62,754 bases of DNA, filler included, from Chrysochromulina tobinii (GCA_001275005.1; 6 parts of 6 records of this genome joined end to end with filler, not necessarily neighbours in it), one strand, 5' to 3'. Shown: positions 8,516 through 20,405, counted from the first letter of the whole stretch. Numbers and translations are program-made. The notes: generated by a model not told the origin, from the letters alone.

Positions 8516-10918
8516 TCAGAAGCGATGCAGCTCCGCACGTCCTACCTCGTCGAGCGTGATCAATGTCGGGTTCCTCTGCACCGTTCGCCATCGTCTTCCA
8601 CGGTCACTTCGTCTTAGGCGCTCCAATGTGGCCACGCTGCAAGTGTCGCCCTCGTCCAATCCGTGCGCTGCCTGGTCGTCCTCGCGATCGTCGTCATCTT
8701 CAACGCCGATCCGCGCGTTTGCCGTGCGCTCAAGTGTCCGGTTCGTGACGAGCTTGCGCACCGCACTCGACTGCAGCAAGTCAGCGAGCTCACCATCGGT
8801 CGCCGTGGCAGCGAGTGCTGCTAGGGTCGAGGACGTCTCCTTTGCCAACACTTTGAGCTTCGCGAATCGCTCCGCCACCGCCATCTCGGGCGCCGCCGCA
8901 AAGGGAGTGGCAGCAGGCGACACTTTCATTGGCGACGCCGTGATGGGTCCGGCGCGGAGCGGAAAGGGTGCCTCTAGAACTGGAATGTGGATCGCCTTTG
9001 GCAGATGAATGGGCGATGCAGCACCTGTGGGGTGGTCTAGCAATGGCGCACAACCTTTGCTCTCGTCCACCTCAACCTCAGCTGTTTCGTCTCGCTCGTC
9101 GGACGCCTCATCATCGGCAGACCCGACCACATCGGCAAGGTCGTGCAGAGCGTTGGCAGCCGCCTTCTCCACCAGCTTCTCCACTGCCTTCTCCTCCGCC
9201 ACTCGATTCGCCACCGGATCCGCCACTCGGTCCGCTTCCGCCTCCTCGGAGATAGCCACCGATTGCCGCTGCTGGCCACCGATTGCCGCTGATGACCACC
9301 GGTTGCCTTGTATGGCACGGCGCTCATCTCCGCCACCGTCGTCATCATCCCACTGCACTCGGGTCGGCGCGTGAATCTTGGAGCTCCTCGAGGGCTCCTC
9401 AAGGTCTGCACACGTCTCGCTGGCAGCGGCTACCTTTTGGTAACGGCCGCCCTTTGCACCACCACTCAAGTGCCTGGGCGTGCATACCGAGCTAAACCAC
9501 GAAAGATGGCGCTCCACCTCCTCGTGCTTCATGCCGCCGCCAGAGGCATGGCTCAGGAGGAGGAGCATGCACACACGGCTCAGGATGAGCAGCATGCATG
9601 CACACAAGAGTACAATGAGCACCTGCAGCAGGATGGACGTCTCCAGCCGATCCCGATCTGACGGGCCATCAGTGCGAGGCTTGCCAACACCCTTGCCGGG
9701 GCCATGGGCCGGATCGTGGCTTGCTCCCAGAGTGGGGTGGTGCTCATGGTGAGGAGGAGGCAAGAACGCTCCCGGCGGAGCCAACGGAGGCCATGCATGT
9801 GGCGGGGGCGACAGTGGTTTCGGCGGGGGTGGCGGCGGGGGTGGTGGCGGCGGCGGCGATGGTAGTGGCGGCGGCGATGGTGGCGGCGGCAGGAGTGGTG
9901 TTGGCGGGGGGGCTGGAAATGGCGGCCGCATAGGATGCGGTTGTGAAGGCATGGGCGAGGGTGCCTTAGGCCGAGGCGGCGGCCGTGGAGGCGGCGGCGG
10001 AAGTGACGGCGGCGGCGGCAGCGGCGGCGACAGCGGCGGGGGCGGCGGCATCGCTCGGTGGCAAATTATAGACTGCTGGTCGATGCGGCGTGTCGCTGAT
10101 GAACCATCATCCATCCACGAATCGTAGATCCAGCATTCTACCGACGTGTAGAGGGACAGACCGACGCAATTACCACACGCGGCCAGGCACTCGGACATCA
10201 GCACCGGCTTAACCAGCGAGCCGACAATGGCCTTGCGTGCGCATGGGGCATCCGCATTCAACGCACATGATAGGTAGCCGTTAAATTGGTGGGCGAAGCC
10301 GGACGGGCAGGGGTTTGGCGGTGGCGGCCGCCCAGGAGGCGGTGGCGGCCTGAACGGCGTGTGTAGCGGCAGCGGCAGGCGTGGCGATGAGGGCACGGGC
10401 GGTGGGCGGAGCGGCGGCAGGCACGGAGGCGATGGTGGCGGCGGCGATGGGCACGGAGGCGGTGGTGGTGGCGGCGGAGGCATCTGCAGCTTGGATGGGT
10501 GTGGCGGTGGGTTGCGTGGAGGGAGTGTGGGCGTGTCTCCTGACCATGGCGCCTCGCACCACACCGGCGCACGACCGACGGCAGCATCGATGGCGCACTC
10601 CGTGCATGCCTTCTCCGAGCCATTGCACTCAGCCATCGCGGAGAACCAGCCGCGGCATCGATTGCAGTCGCGAGCGTGTACATAGTCCGGCCTCGAGCAG
10701 CACGTGCCTGCATCGGCACCGGTGAGAACGGGCCTAACAGCGAAGAAGCGCGATGTATCCACCGGCGCTTGTGCTGGGAGCGCTCGTGCTGCAAATGTCC
10801 GCGACGCTACAGCATCCATTTGTGTGACCTCGTGGCGGCGGGCGCATGAATAAGGACACCCACCGTTGCAACCCAAATTGAGACAAGACCGCACTCTCAT
10901 TAATTGGGTGAGACGCAT
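8516..10918 (-). CDS. Proline-rich single-pass membrane protein with small Cys-rich modules
   Basis: 800-aa ORF with poly-Pro tracts, Cys-rich segments and a hydrophobic TM (ILLQVLIVLLCACMLLIL); 5' end uncertain. Confidence 0.65.
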   Translation of the reverse strand: MRLTQLMRVRSCLNLGCNGGCPYSCARRHEVTQMDAVASRTFAARALPAQAPVDTSRFFAVRPVLTGADAGTCCSRPDYVHARDCNRCRGWFSAMAECNGSEKACTECAIDAAVGRAPVWCEAPWSGDTPTLPPRNPPPHPSKLQMPPPPPPPPPCPSPPPPSPPCLPPLRPPPVPSSPRLPLPLHTPFRPPPPPGRPPPPNPCPSGFAHQFNGYLSCALNADAPCARKAIVGSLVKPVLMSECLAACGNCVGLSLYTSVECWIYDSWMDDGSSATRRIDQQSIICHRAMPPPPPLSPPLPPPPSLPPPPPRPPPRPKAPSPMPSQPHPMRPPFPAPPPTPLLPPPPSPPPLPSPPPPPPPPPPPPKPLSPPPHAWPPLAPPGAFLPPPHHEHHPTLGASHDPAHGPGKGVGKPRTDGPSDRDRLETSILLQVLIVLLCACMLLILSRVCMLLLLSHASGGGMKHEEVERHLSWFSSVCTPRHLSGGAKGGRYQKVAAASETCADLEEPSRSSKIHAPTRVQWDDDDGGGDERRAIQGNRWSSAAIGGQQRQSVAISEEAEADRVADPVANRVAEEKAVEKLVEKAAANALHDLADVVGSADDEASDERDETAEVEVDESKGCAPLLDHPTGAASPIHLPKAIHIPVLEAPFPLRAGPITASPMKVSPAATPFAAAPEMAVAERFAKLKVLAKETSSTLAALAATATDGELADLLQSSAVRKLVTNRTLERTANARIGVEDDDDREDDQAAHGLDEGDTCSVATLERLRRSDRGRRWRTVQRNPTLITLDEVGRAELHRF

Positions 10919-10990
10919 GCTATTTGGTGGCGTTCATGCTTGTTCTTGTGAGTTTCGAAACGACACCACCCTAGCGCGCGCGCCTGGAGT

Positions 10991-11049
10991 GGGAGAGGGA
11001 TTCTTTCTGGATACACTCACTATCTCCACCATCTGTTTCAAATCCAGTG
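10991..11049 (+). repeat. ~60-bp dispersed repeat, copy 1
   Basis: 38 of the first 45 nt are identical to 13952-13996. Confidence 0.7.
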
Positions 11050-11189
11050 TGGAAAGCAGCGGCGGCCGCTCCGATGTACGAATCCCACGCCGGCCAAATC
11101 TGCGCCCTTGGTAGGTATTGGTAGTATTGGTAGGATGCTGGTAGCACAACACGCACACGCGGTGCCAGCTGTAAACAGTCCGTTTTCCT

Positions 11190-13498
11190 CTAAGCACGAG
11201 CGGCAGCAGCTATGCAGAAGTAGACAGCAGGAGCGGCAGCAGGAGCCCAGAAGTAGGAAGCAGGAGCGGCAGCAGGAGCGGCATCAGCAGGAGCGGCATC
11301 CAAGGGTTGAGGAACAAGTATGCCGGTACTCGTGGCATGTGCGCGCCCTCGAGCTTCCAGTGCTTCGCGTGTCTTCTGGATAATTTTGTCCTTCAGAAGC
11401 CGTTCAATCGCCTCAAGCTTGGACTCCAGGGCATCGAAACGAGCGGCCTTACGAGCGGCCTCCCTCTCTTGCGAGCTGCGCGGCTTGGACTCTGCCTTCA
11501 TCTCCGCCACGCGCAGCTCCAGGCCACTGTCCATGACGGCTAATTCTCGGTTTACTTCACGCCGATTCCTCGATCTCCAATTGGCGCTGTTGCCTACAGC
11601 ACCTTCCATGGCACGTTGAGAGGCACACGCTTGGGAGAGAAATAAACCATCCCCTACATGTAGATTTGCGGCGTGGGAGGCACCCACGAGACGACGGTGT
11701 GCATGGCGCGATTCAATTTCCTTTGCTAGCTGCTTTGCGTAGAGGGGGCGAAGACGGCCGCGAAACTCCCCACCCGCAGCAAAGACCCTAGTCTCCGCTT
11801 CGCGCACGAATGCGCGACGAATGGTCCACTTGATCTTCACCATGCGGAAGCGGGCCTTGAACTCGGGGTACCTGTCGATCGTTTCGATTAGCGCCCGAGC
11901 ATCGATCGTGTAGACGCACAAGTAGGTCGCGCTGAGGGCGGTCAGATCAAGCCACAGATCAGGTGGCAGCACAACATCATCACCCCACACGTCGAAGGCG
12001 CGCTTCATCCTGCCACCCCAAAACGCCCGCCCGCTTTGGACGATGTACATGAATCCAGGAGGGCAGAGCTCACGCGGCGGAAAGACGAGAGTCTTCAGGC
12101 AGACCACCAGGTCCATGATCAGTGCGTCAGGCACCGTCAACAGGTCGTTGAAGTACCAGACCATGCGCACCCATCGGGAGTTGATCAACGAAGAGACTTC
12201 GAGCTGCATCGAGGGCGTTAGTTTTGAGATGACCCTCTTCCACACCTCGCCGTCATCGAGCTTTCGTGCCTCGAAGAGGTACTCACGCAGTCGGTATTGA
12301 GTCTCCGGAGGAATGCGATCCTGCGCCATGAAGGTGTTGAGATTAGAGAGCTCCTCCATAAACCTCTGGTCCTCCGGACTGTTCCGCACCACTTCCGTCA
12401 TGACGCCGATCACATAGCCCCAGAGCGCGCAGGAGGTCATGATGATGGTTATGCAGACCCACTGTTCCGTGACGTTGAACTCCTCCGCAAAGACGTCACC
12501 GTAGCCAACTGACGAGGTCGTCATGCACGCATAGTACAGCGACCATGCGTACATTACGAACGGATCGGCACAATGGTAGCCCCCCTCGCACACGTCGTCG
12601 CGGCAATCTCCCGCCGTGCACAGCTGGCTGCTTTTGCAGGTGTCGACACCTGCTTCCACCAAGCTCCGGTTGTTGGTCTCCCACGCCCCGCAGTAGCCCT
12701 TTTGGATTGGCCATGATTTCAGCGGGTTGAAAGATGCCTGCAGCGCCCAGATGCATGCAATCCAGTGGCACGCGATGAGGTTCACGGCGACTATCTGGAA
12801 AAGGGAGAGTTGCGCGTAGTTGATGGCCATGCTCATTTCCCACTTCTTGAAGATTCGTGAGCCGCGAGCGAGACGGACGAGCTTTGCAAGGCGCAGCACG
12901 CGGACTATGCGCAGGACCATGAGGCCTTGCGTGTCCTCGCCCCCAACGATGTCGAAGAGGCTTGTGAGGATAGAGAACACGTCGAGGTAGAACCAGGAAC
13001 TACGCACGTAATGGAGAGCGATGGCTTTTGGATCGGTGATCCATGCGACACCTTTGGTGGGATGAACGCTCTTGTAAGCAGTTCGAAACTGAAAGAGGAC
13101 ATCTATGATGAAGATGATATCGACGGCACGATTGCAGAGGAAAAGCGTGTCACTCCATTGCTCGCTCGGACTGGGTGGCGCGAGGAAAGCTACATCATAA
13201 GGCGTGACGATCGCAGTGTAGATTAGGGCAATGCAGGGGACGAGATCCCAGTACTGTGCCCATGTGCCGCCCTTTTGTGGGTTCTGCGCGGCAAAACAAG
13301 GACGAATCGAAGTGAGGCACACATCTGACAGGCAGCAGTATAGCAGCAAAAACAAACGGAGAGCGCGCTTACAATGACCCACATAGCTTGCAAAATTTGG
13401 CTCGATGTCTTCGGTTTGGGCGCGTCTCGGAAGGAGTTTGTAAACCTCTGCACCTTCGTATCAGTCGGTTGTCTTGGCTCATCGTGCGACATGCCCAT
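11190..13498 (-). CDS. Voltage-gated K+ channel with cyclic-nucleotide-binding domain (KCNH/HCN-like), 2 exons (intron 13284-13372)
   Basis: S4 LRIVRVLRLAKLVRLAR; filter TTSSVGYGD; C-linker RLREYL; CNBD-like region; a GTAAG...CGCAG intron joins MWVI|NPQKGGTWAQYWD in frame. Confidence 0.9.
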
Positions 13499-13951
13499 CT
13501 TGAGTTCGAAGGCGCTTCACAAAACCAAAAGGACGGAACACTTTTTGACGAATTCGTGATGATGAATACTGAAGTTTAGGATGCATGCAGCAACTTTGCG
13601 TCCTCCCAAATCCAGAATCATGCAGAATTCCTCGGAGCTAGGAAGGTCCCACACACCAACCCAACGAAACGCTCGAGGGCCGAGCAGGGAGCGAAGGGGG
13701 CTCTCGCTCTGGTCCGTGCGATTTTCGTACCCAGGTGTTTAACAGGTGCCCCTCGAGCAGAGTGAGAGAGGGAGAGAGAAGAGCGCGATCGAGAGAAGAG
13801 TGTTCCTGAAAGCGAACCTAAACTCGACACACGGAGACACACTTCTCCCCCGTATGACGTAACACATGATATGACATTTTAACAACGATACACACGATCT
13901 TGCATGCCACCACCTGATTTTGAACTCAGTGCTGATTGACCCAAAAGGGTA

Positions 13952-14011
13952 GGGGGAGGTATTCTTTCTGGATTCACACACTATCCCCATCACCTGATTT
14001 TGAACTCAGTG
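13952..14011 (+). repeat. ~60-bp dispersed repeat, copy 2 (its 3' part also duplicated at ~13911-13931)
   Basis: Direct repeat of 10991-11049; cacctgattttgaactcagtg occurs twice locally. Confidence 0.7.
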
Positions 14012-14694
14012 AGCACCAGCGCGCGCCTTCTTAAGCCTTCATTTCGCCCATTCGCCGACTGCTTTTGAGCAGGCACGGTGAGGCGCTCAAATGAGCAGGA
14101 GGCGGCAAAGGTCGGGTTCGCAGGGGGCTGCCGCTTCTAAGTCGGCCGTGGGGTTCGTCGGCTCCAGGGACCGGGGACGTTGTCGCGGTCTGGATCCCCT
14201 GCGCGATTGATTTATCAATTGTGATTTATCTACATATCTAGCACCAGTACTTCTACATCCACGGCTCATCGAGGCGCGCCGGAGCGGCGCCGAGCGGATC
14301 AGCGGCGGACTCAGTCCTCGGCCCCGGATTCGGTCGTCGCGCGGGGTCGTGCGTGCGCGTGCGTTGGTGGGTTGGGATGGTTGTGAGGTGTTCATCTGTG
14401 ATCCACGTGTGCCCGTGTCCCACGTGTGTGTCCCGGCTCCCCTCGGAACGGTTTTCATACGTGTATTGAACACGTAACACTTCGCGCCTCCCACGTTGTG
14501 TCTCCACGGGACCTATTGCTGTGCGTCTTGCCGGGATGGCAATTTAACGTGAACGTGAACGTGAACACGTAACGGCTTTCGGCCTGTGGCCGACTTTCGG
14601 TGCCGCTTTCGGGACGCGGTCCCAAACGCAAGTCGCAAGGGAATTTGCACAAACCCATACAACACAGCCCTCTGCTCGACGGACCAGGTCTCGC

Positions 14695-15756
14695 ATGCCT
14701 GAAGCAGCACCAAGCACTGAAGGCCCGTCGGATGCACGCATCACGGGCACAGCAGCCGGTATGAAGCTGAGTCTCGACTTGAACTGCGGCGCCATGCTTG
14801 GCGAGGGTACAAGCGGCGCTGTATACGCGGTCGATTCTTTGTGCGACGGGCGGCAGTATGCACTGAAGGTGAAGAAAAAAGGAAGCGCAGGAGCCGCCGC
14901 GCTTGCCGAATGCCAACTGCACGCAGCACTGCCACAGTGCGAAGCCATCGTTCAGTACTGTTTTGCGTGGACGACGCCGTCCAACGTCTACGTCCTCATG
15001 GAGCGCATGGCTACTGAGCTGTGGCAGGCTGTGCTGCAGCCACCAACGAGCAGCGCCGCGCTCTCCGAGAGGCTTCAGTGGTCCAAGGACGTATTGAGCG
15101 CGGTCGCGTGCCTGCATAGCATCAAGGTGGCGCACCGAGATGTCAACCCTTGGAACCTCTTTGTGAGCTTCGGCCATACGGGCCGCCGTTGCAAGCTGGG
15201 CGACCTAGGGCTCGCGGCACGCCTGCCAAAGTCGGGGCGCTTTGCGGGGCGGCACGAGCCCGGGGCACCATCGCTTGACGAGAGTGCCATCGACAGCTTG
15301 TACAGCGCCCCTGAGCTTGGCGCCGATGCCGAGGCCGGCGGCTATAGTCTCCCTGCGGACGTGTTCTCGACTGGTGTGGTGTTGGTGGCGATCTGGCATT
15401 CTGCAGTCGTCTTTGACGCTTCGGAGGACGATGTCACCGACACGACGGAGGCCGTGCGCCGGTCGGGCGAATTGCCTTGGATTGTGCCCTGCCGGATCGC
15501 TCGACTCGTGCGCCGTCTTACCTCTCACTACCCAGAGCAAAGGCCCAGTGCTGGCGAGGCAGCGGCGGTGCTCATGGCGATGGCCTCGGCGCACGACGCT
15601 ATAGCCGCAGTCGCCGAGGAGGTAGATGCGCCAGCGGGGGCGTCAAGCGTGCGTCCGCCGCACCCACGGCCGTGGAAGCTGCCATGGCCGTCGTGGCGTC
15701 GGCGGCGCGGGACTGGTACGGCGAGGAGACCGGTGCAGCTTTCGGTCAAGGTTTAG
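14695..15756 (+). CDS. Ser/Thr protein kinase
   Basis: LGEGTSGAVY, YALK, HRDVNPWN, KLGDLG, YSAPE, DVFSTG, RPSA. Confidence 0.9.
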   Translation: MPEAAPSTEGPSDARITGTAAGMKLSLDLNCGAMLGEGTSGAVYAVDSLCDGRQYALKVKKKGSAGAAALAECQLHAALPQCEAIVQYCFAWTTPSNVYVLMERMATELWQAVLQPPTSSAALSERLQWSKDVLSAVACLHSIKVAHRDVNPWNLFVSFGHTGRRCKLGDLGLAARLPKSGRFAGRHEPGAPSLDESAIDSLYSAPELGADAEAGGYSLPADVFSTGVVLVAIWHSAVVFDASEDDVTDTTEAVRRSGELPWIVPCRIARLVRRLTSHYPEQRPSAGEAAAVLMAMASAHDAIAAVAEEVDAPAGASSVRPPHPRPWKLPWPSWRRRRGTGTARRPVQLSVKV

Positions 15757-15797
15757 TGTACAAACATGTACAAACATGTACAAACATGTACAAACAT
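15757..15797. repeat. Tandem (tgtacaaaca) x4 directly after the kinase stop
   Basis: Seen directly. Confidence 0.85.
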
Positions 15798-16158
15798 AGT
15801 CGTGCATACGTGGGCAAAAATACGCTTTCCGTCTTTCTAAAGTAGAAGCGCGACAATCGACCACCGACCCAAATGCGTATTTTGAGCACCGAGCACGAAT
15901 TTCACACTGTCGGATTCTGGTTCCAATCGGTCGTCGAGCGAATTTTTTTCCATGCTCTCGCGAGTCGGCCTTTGCGCTGCTCGTCGACCCATTTTTCACG
16001 TCAGCCGTCGCGCCTGGCGCGAAACCGAGCCGACCGAGGCACCATGCCCTGGGAGGCACGTCCCTTGCCCCATCGCCAGTGCATTCCTTCGAGCTCGCGA
16101 ATAGGCAGGATGATTCTAAACGCCCACGCTTGCCTGTGTGTTTCAGTTGTGAGTGCCG

Positions 16159-16509
16159 ATGAAGCTGTGCCTTCCCAAGGACCTCAAGGTCGGCGATCGC
16201 GTGCAGGCGCAAGGCCATGCAGCCTGCGGTCTGGACCCGTGCATCAACGAGGTTGGCGTATGCATGCGGTGCTTGTGGAAGGTGAAGGAGGCTTGCGACG
16301 CTGCCGTTCGCCGCACCGCGGTGCTGAACTCGCTCCTCAGCCACGTCGACCCAGGTCCGCGCGTCAAGGGCTTCGAGGGCATCGCGCCGCTCATGTGCCC
16401 GTGCTGCGTCGAGGACGTGACGGGCACAGAAGGTCCCGCCCTCGCAGGGAACGTACCTACCTCGCAGCTGCTGCCTCTGTGCCTCATGATGCGGACGATC
16501 TGTGTCTAG
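16159..16509 (+). CDS. Small Cys-rich hypothetical protein
   Basis: ATG ORF MKLCLPKDL... with CMRC and CPCC motifs and GC3-rich codons; no family recognised. Confidence 0.35.
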   Translation: MKLCLPKDLKVGDRVQAQGHAACGLDPCINEVGVCMRCLWKVKEACDAAVRRTAVLNSLLSHVDPGPRVKGFEGIAPLMCPCCVEDVTGTEGPALAGNVPTSQLLPLCLMMRTICV

Positions 16510-17548
16510 GTGGGCTGCGTCCCCTCCGTTGCGCGCACGCCTTTTCCCGTGATCAGGTCGTGTGTCAAAATTAGTGAATTGAATTTTAACACTCCGAGAC
16601 GCCATCAACTCGCTGCACAGACCTATCATACGCTCAGACCTATCATCGGCGATACCCATAGCAAAGCATCAGTCGCCGAGCCGCTTCTTGCGGTGGTTGT
16701 ACGGCGGTTGCCCTTCTCGAAGATCGGGTCGTCGAAGTGGTCGCCCGGGCCGCTGCCTTCGTCTCCTCTGCCGCCTTGGTCGCCGCCGCCTCCGCGCCGT
16801 CGCCGCCTCCGGCGCCGCTGCGAATGCTGAGATGCAGCTGGCGGGGCGACGGTGGAGACGACGGCGGCATCGAACCTGTGCACCGACGCGCCCGATGGCG
16901 CGCCCCCCTCGGGGAACGCAAAGATGCGCTCAACACCGTCGCGTTACGACGGTGTCGAGCACAGGTTAGCTTCCGTCGCCGCCGCCGCCGCCGCCACCGC
17001 ATTGCCGTGCGCGGTAAAGACCTGCAACCTGGTGGAAGGCAAGGGCAAGCTGGTTTGAGTTGGCGGGACACAAGGCATGAGAAGCATGGGCGTGGCTTCA
17101 AGTTCTATCAGCACATGCTGAAGGTGCGTCATGAATTGAAGGTAAGGTCCATCGCACCGGTGATTCGACTCCTCTACTGCATCCATTGTTCCAATCACGC
17201 ATCCCTGAGCTCAGTTTTGGTCGTACACGAGTGGCCATCCATGAGAATCTGGATGCGGTGCACTCGGGATATCCTATGTTCGCAGCCGGAGCAGCTGATC
17301 AGCCGCCAAATTCGTGCCAGGACGGTCCGGGACGAGCCAGCATGGGACCGGGACAGGCTCCATTCGGGTTTTTCGTTAGTGACGCTTTCCTCACTTTCTC
17401 TCTGACAGTGTGCGCGGGGCGCCTTAACCGCCTAATCTCTAATCATTTAATCGCTTTTAAAGCCGTTTTCCGTTGCTCTTGCAACATATCTAGAATATGC
17501 GATTCATGCAATGTTAAGTTTCGCTGTGTTTACCGAGGGGCCGGGTTT

Positions 17549-19009
17549 TTAGCTTGCAGCCAATGCAGGCTCCTCTTTCGGCTTGCGCGCCTTGGCACAG
17601 TGCTCCGGGTTGAGTTGCGCGAACGTCGAGCTCAAAAAGGAGCCGACGTGCGTCATGAAGGGGATCGCGCCCTCTACGGCGCGATTCACGCCCTTCCGGT
17701 CGTTCGTGACGAGCTGGCGGAGGGCACGCATGAGGACACGCTCGAAAGAGTGGACATTGTGGTTGGTCTTGCACGAGAGCTCGATGTACTTGATCGTGAT
17801 GCAAGGGCACGCCATGATACGCTCCCAGATCTCAGTCGGTGGCATACAGCCGGCGTCGAAATAGGGCGTGTTGAGCAGCGCATAGATGGCGTGGAGCAGC
17901 GCCGCCTCGCCCATATGGACGGACATGCCACGAATGGGATCGAGAGCCGCGTGCAGCTTCTCGACGAGCAGGTACTCTTGCTCGCTCATCCCGGTCTCCT
18001 GCGTGAAGCGCGAGACGCTACCGGCGACGCTGAAAAATGCGCTCATTTTGGCGGCAGCTTCGGTTGCCTTGTGCGTTTTGATCACGTCGTCGCAGAGCTT
18101 TCGAAGGACCGTGTCGACGCGCTGGCGGCGCATCTGGCTGAGGAGGAGGCCACTCGCGATTCCATGCTCGAGCAGCCGCCACACGGACCGCATGTCCACC
18201 TCGTCGTGCCGCCGGCCTCGGCTCCAACGGTCACACTTGTTACCTACGAGCATGATGATGATCGGGCACGGCTGCCTCCGCATCCGGTCAAACTTGACGC
18301 GCGTGAGGAGCTTCTCGCATAGACGTTCGGCGGCGTGAAGCGAGTGTGGATCGGCCAAATCGAGAACGACTACAAACCCGTGCATCCCCGACGGCACGCT
18401 CAGGGCGCTGGTCACACCCGCATCGTTGATCGCGGGGCGCATCGCATCCCGCCGCTGCTGCTCGAGCACCGACTCTGACAACGGGTGCCGCTTTGGCGGA
18501 TCGGGTAGTCGTGAGTTCGCAGGCGGGAGGTTGGCCAGCAGGTTCAGGTCGGCTGCCTCCAACGCGAGACGCTTGGTGTGCTCGTCGGCCATGGCAGCAG
18601 ACGGTGTTTTCCCCCACTGCTCCGTTGGATCTTCCATCTCGTCGTCCACGGCGCCCAAGGGGCCACCTAACGAGCTGCCCCGGCCTTCGGCTGCGCTTGC
18701 ATTCGTTCGGGCAACATCCTTCCAGAGATTCGCCAGGCACCGGTCGATGAGCACGTCTGGTCCGCTATCCCCGAGCTGATCCTCGATCTGCAGCAGCACC
18801 TGCCGCGATGCGCCCTTGGCAGAGGCGGCGGTGAAGGGCGCCGGCATGGTGATTGCCATAACGTGCCGCCCATCCAACTTATTGCCCATGAACTGCTCAT
18901 TGAGCGTTGGCATGTTGTCGAAGCGGTGCGAGACCATCCGCTTGATCAAAGATGACTTGCCCACCCCCGATTGGCCTAGTATCGCCACGCCGAAGACGTT
19001 TCTATCCAT
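17549..19009 (-). CDS. Ras-superfamily GTPase-like protein with two large insertions
   Basis: G1 GQSGVGKS, degenerate G3 IEDQLG, GFVVVLD, G4 GNKCD, G5 IELSCK. Confidence 0.8.
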   Translation of the reverse strand: MDRNVFGVAILGQSGVGKSSLIKRMVSHRFDNMPTLNEQFMGNKLDGRHVMAITMPAPFTAASAKGASRQVLLQIEDQLGDSGPDVLIDRCLANLWKDVARTNASAAEGRGSSLGGPLGAVDDEMEDPTEQWGKTPSAAMADEHTKRLALEAADLNLLANLPPANSRLPDPPKRHPLSESVLEQQRRDAMRPAINDAGVTSALSVPSGMHGFVVVLDLADPHSLHAAERLCEKLLTRVKFDRMRRQPCPIIIMLVGNKCDRWSRGRRHDEVDMRSVWRLLEHGIASGLLLSQMRRQRVDTVLRKLCDDVIKTHKATEAAAKMSAFFSVAGSVSRFTQETGMSEQEYLLVEKLHAALDPIRGMSVHMGEAALLHAIYALLNTPYFDAGCMPPTEIWERIMACPCITIKYIELSCKTNHNVHSFERVLMRALRQLVTNDRKGVNRAVEGAIPFMTHVGSFLSSTFAQLNPEHCAKARKPKEEPALAAS

Positions 19010-19160
19010 GATGCCCCGGCCCTTTCCCAAGCGACTTCGAGCGCGATCCTCGCTCGTCGTCCGAGAGCCCTGTTTTGGGCTTACTTGTTAACAGTGAAAC
19101 GAGACACAGAGAAGAACTGCAACCAAATCTCTTGGAATCTCAGGAGCTAAAGCGGTGAGA

Positions 19161-19260
19161 NNNNNNNNNNNNNNNNNNNNNNNNNNNNNNNNNNNNNNNN
19201 NNNNTTAATTAATTAANNNNNNNNNNNNNNNNNNNNNNNNNNNNNNNNNNNNNNNNNNNN
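19161..19260. other. Artificial contig-joining spacer
   Basis: 44 N + TTAATTAATTAA + 44 N. Confidence 0.98.
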
Positions 19261-19310
19261 CTCACGCCCTTGCAAACTCATCCGAAAGAGGCCTCCAGAC
19301 ACACGCGGTC

Positions 19311-20405
19311 ATGCCGCGCAGCCAATGCGGCGCGTGCCAGTTTACGGGCATGGCGAGCTGCGAGACGCCGTCGGAGGCGCATGGAGCAGCTGCAGGGTCA
19401 TCGCCCTCGTCTACGCAAGGCTGGTCCGTCGGCAGCGAGGCCACAGCAGCCATGACAACGGCTACTGCTGGTCCCGAGGCCGCTGCAGAGTACCGTTGGC
19501 ACATGCTGCTGGAGGAGATCGAGGAGCTGTCTACGAGGCTTTCGAAGGCGACGCTCCGCGCATCTTCCGCTCGTCTCGAGTCGCTCGCCGCCGCGTCTCG
19601 ATCGCCTGAGGCCAGTGATCACGTGCCAGCACTCGCAAGCGGCGCTGACGCCAGTCAGACAGAATCGGACGCGTGCTCCATCGGCTCCATGGGCGAGTGT
19701 AGCAACGGCGACGAAACGAGCAGCGAGGGCGGCGCCGGCGACATGCGCGACGAGATCAGCGACTGGGCGCTCGCGCGGATGGCCGCTTTAGACGATCGTC
19801 TGTTTGGCGGGGCACGTGACAACCCCTGGTGGAACGCATGGAACTGGGAGGCCTGGCCGGACGGCGAGGGTGGTGATGGCGGCGGCGCTGCCGACGGTGG
19901 CGCTTCCGACGGCGGCGATGGCGTAATCGTCGTGGCCGGCGGCGGCTACGTGCAGCACGACACCCTCGGGCTGGAAAGGCACGCGAGGCGCATGTACTGC
20001 GACTACCATGACCAGCGCGGCGGCTGCCCCAACGCATGCATGGCTGTGGACATGCTGCAGCAGCGCCGAATCAACGCAGTCGTCGAGGCCCAGCAGCGCG
20101 CGCGGCGGAGGAAGCCCAGCAGCGACCCAGATGGGCGCGAGGCACGGTACGCCATGTACCGCACGGTGATCAAGTGGCAGTGGTCCGACCCCTTGGGGGC
20201 AGGAAACCGGGTGCGGCTGCCGTGCTGCGTGTTACACCGTGTTCGGAAGCTCTTCCCAAACCCAGCCTGCACGGAGGGCGGCGAAGAGCCTTGCGATTAC
20301 CTCGACGGGTGTGAGCGTCGTGGTCACTATACGGGGTTTCGCACGGCGGATGAGTCACGTGCTGCGCGAGAGGGACGGTTTGACCAGATGGATCTTGGGG
20401 ATTAA
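19311..20405 (+). CDS. KolX-like accessory protein (P2X7 cytoplasmic ballast-like domain)
   Basis: ARYAMYR...LGAGNRVRLPCCVLHRVRKLFP...GHYTGF matches the remembered consensus RYxAYR...LGxxNRxxxPxCVxxxIRxxFP...GxYTGF. Confidence 0.82.
   Translation: MPRSQCGACQFTGMASCETPSEAHGAAAGSSPSSTQGWSVGSEATAAMTTATAGPEAAAEYRWHMLLEEIEELSTRLSKATLRASSARLESLAAASRSPEASDHVPALASGADASQTESDACSIGSMGECSNGDETSSEGGAGDMRDEISDWALARMAALDDRLFGGARDNPWWNAWNWEAWPDGEGGDGGGAADGGASDGGDGVIVVAGGGYVQHDTLGLERHARRMYCDYHDQRGGCPNACMAVDMLQQRRINAVVEAQQRARRRKPSSDPDGREARYAMYRTVIKWQWSDPLGAGNRVRLPCCVLHRVRKLFPNPACTEGGEEPCDYLDGCERRGHYTGFRTADESRAAREGRFDQMDLGD

Noticed and set aside
19311..20405. P2X purinoceptor gene
   Set aside because: Only the ballast-like domain is present, with no TM or ectodomain, and it lies beside a transposase.
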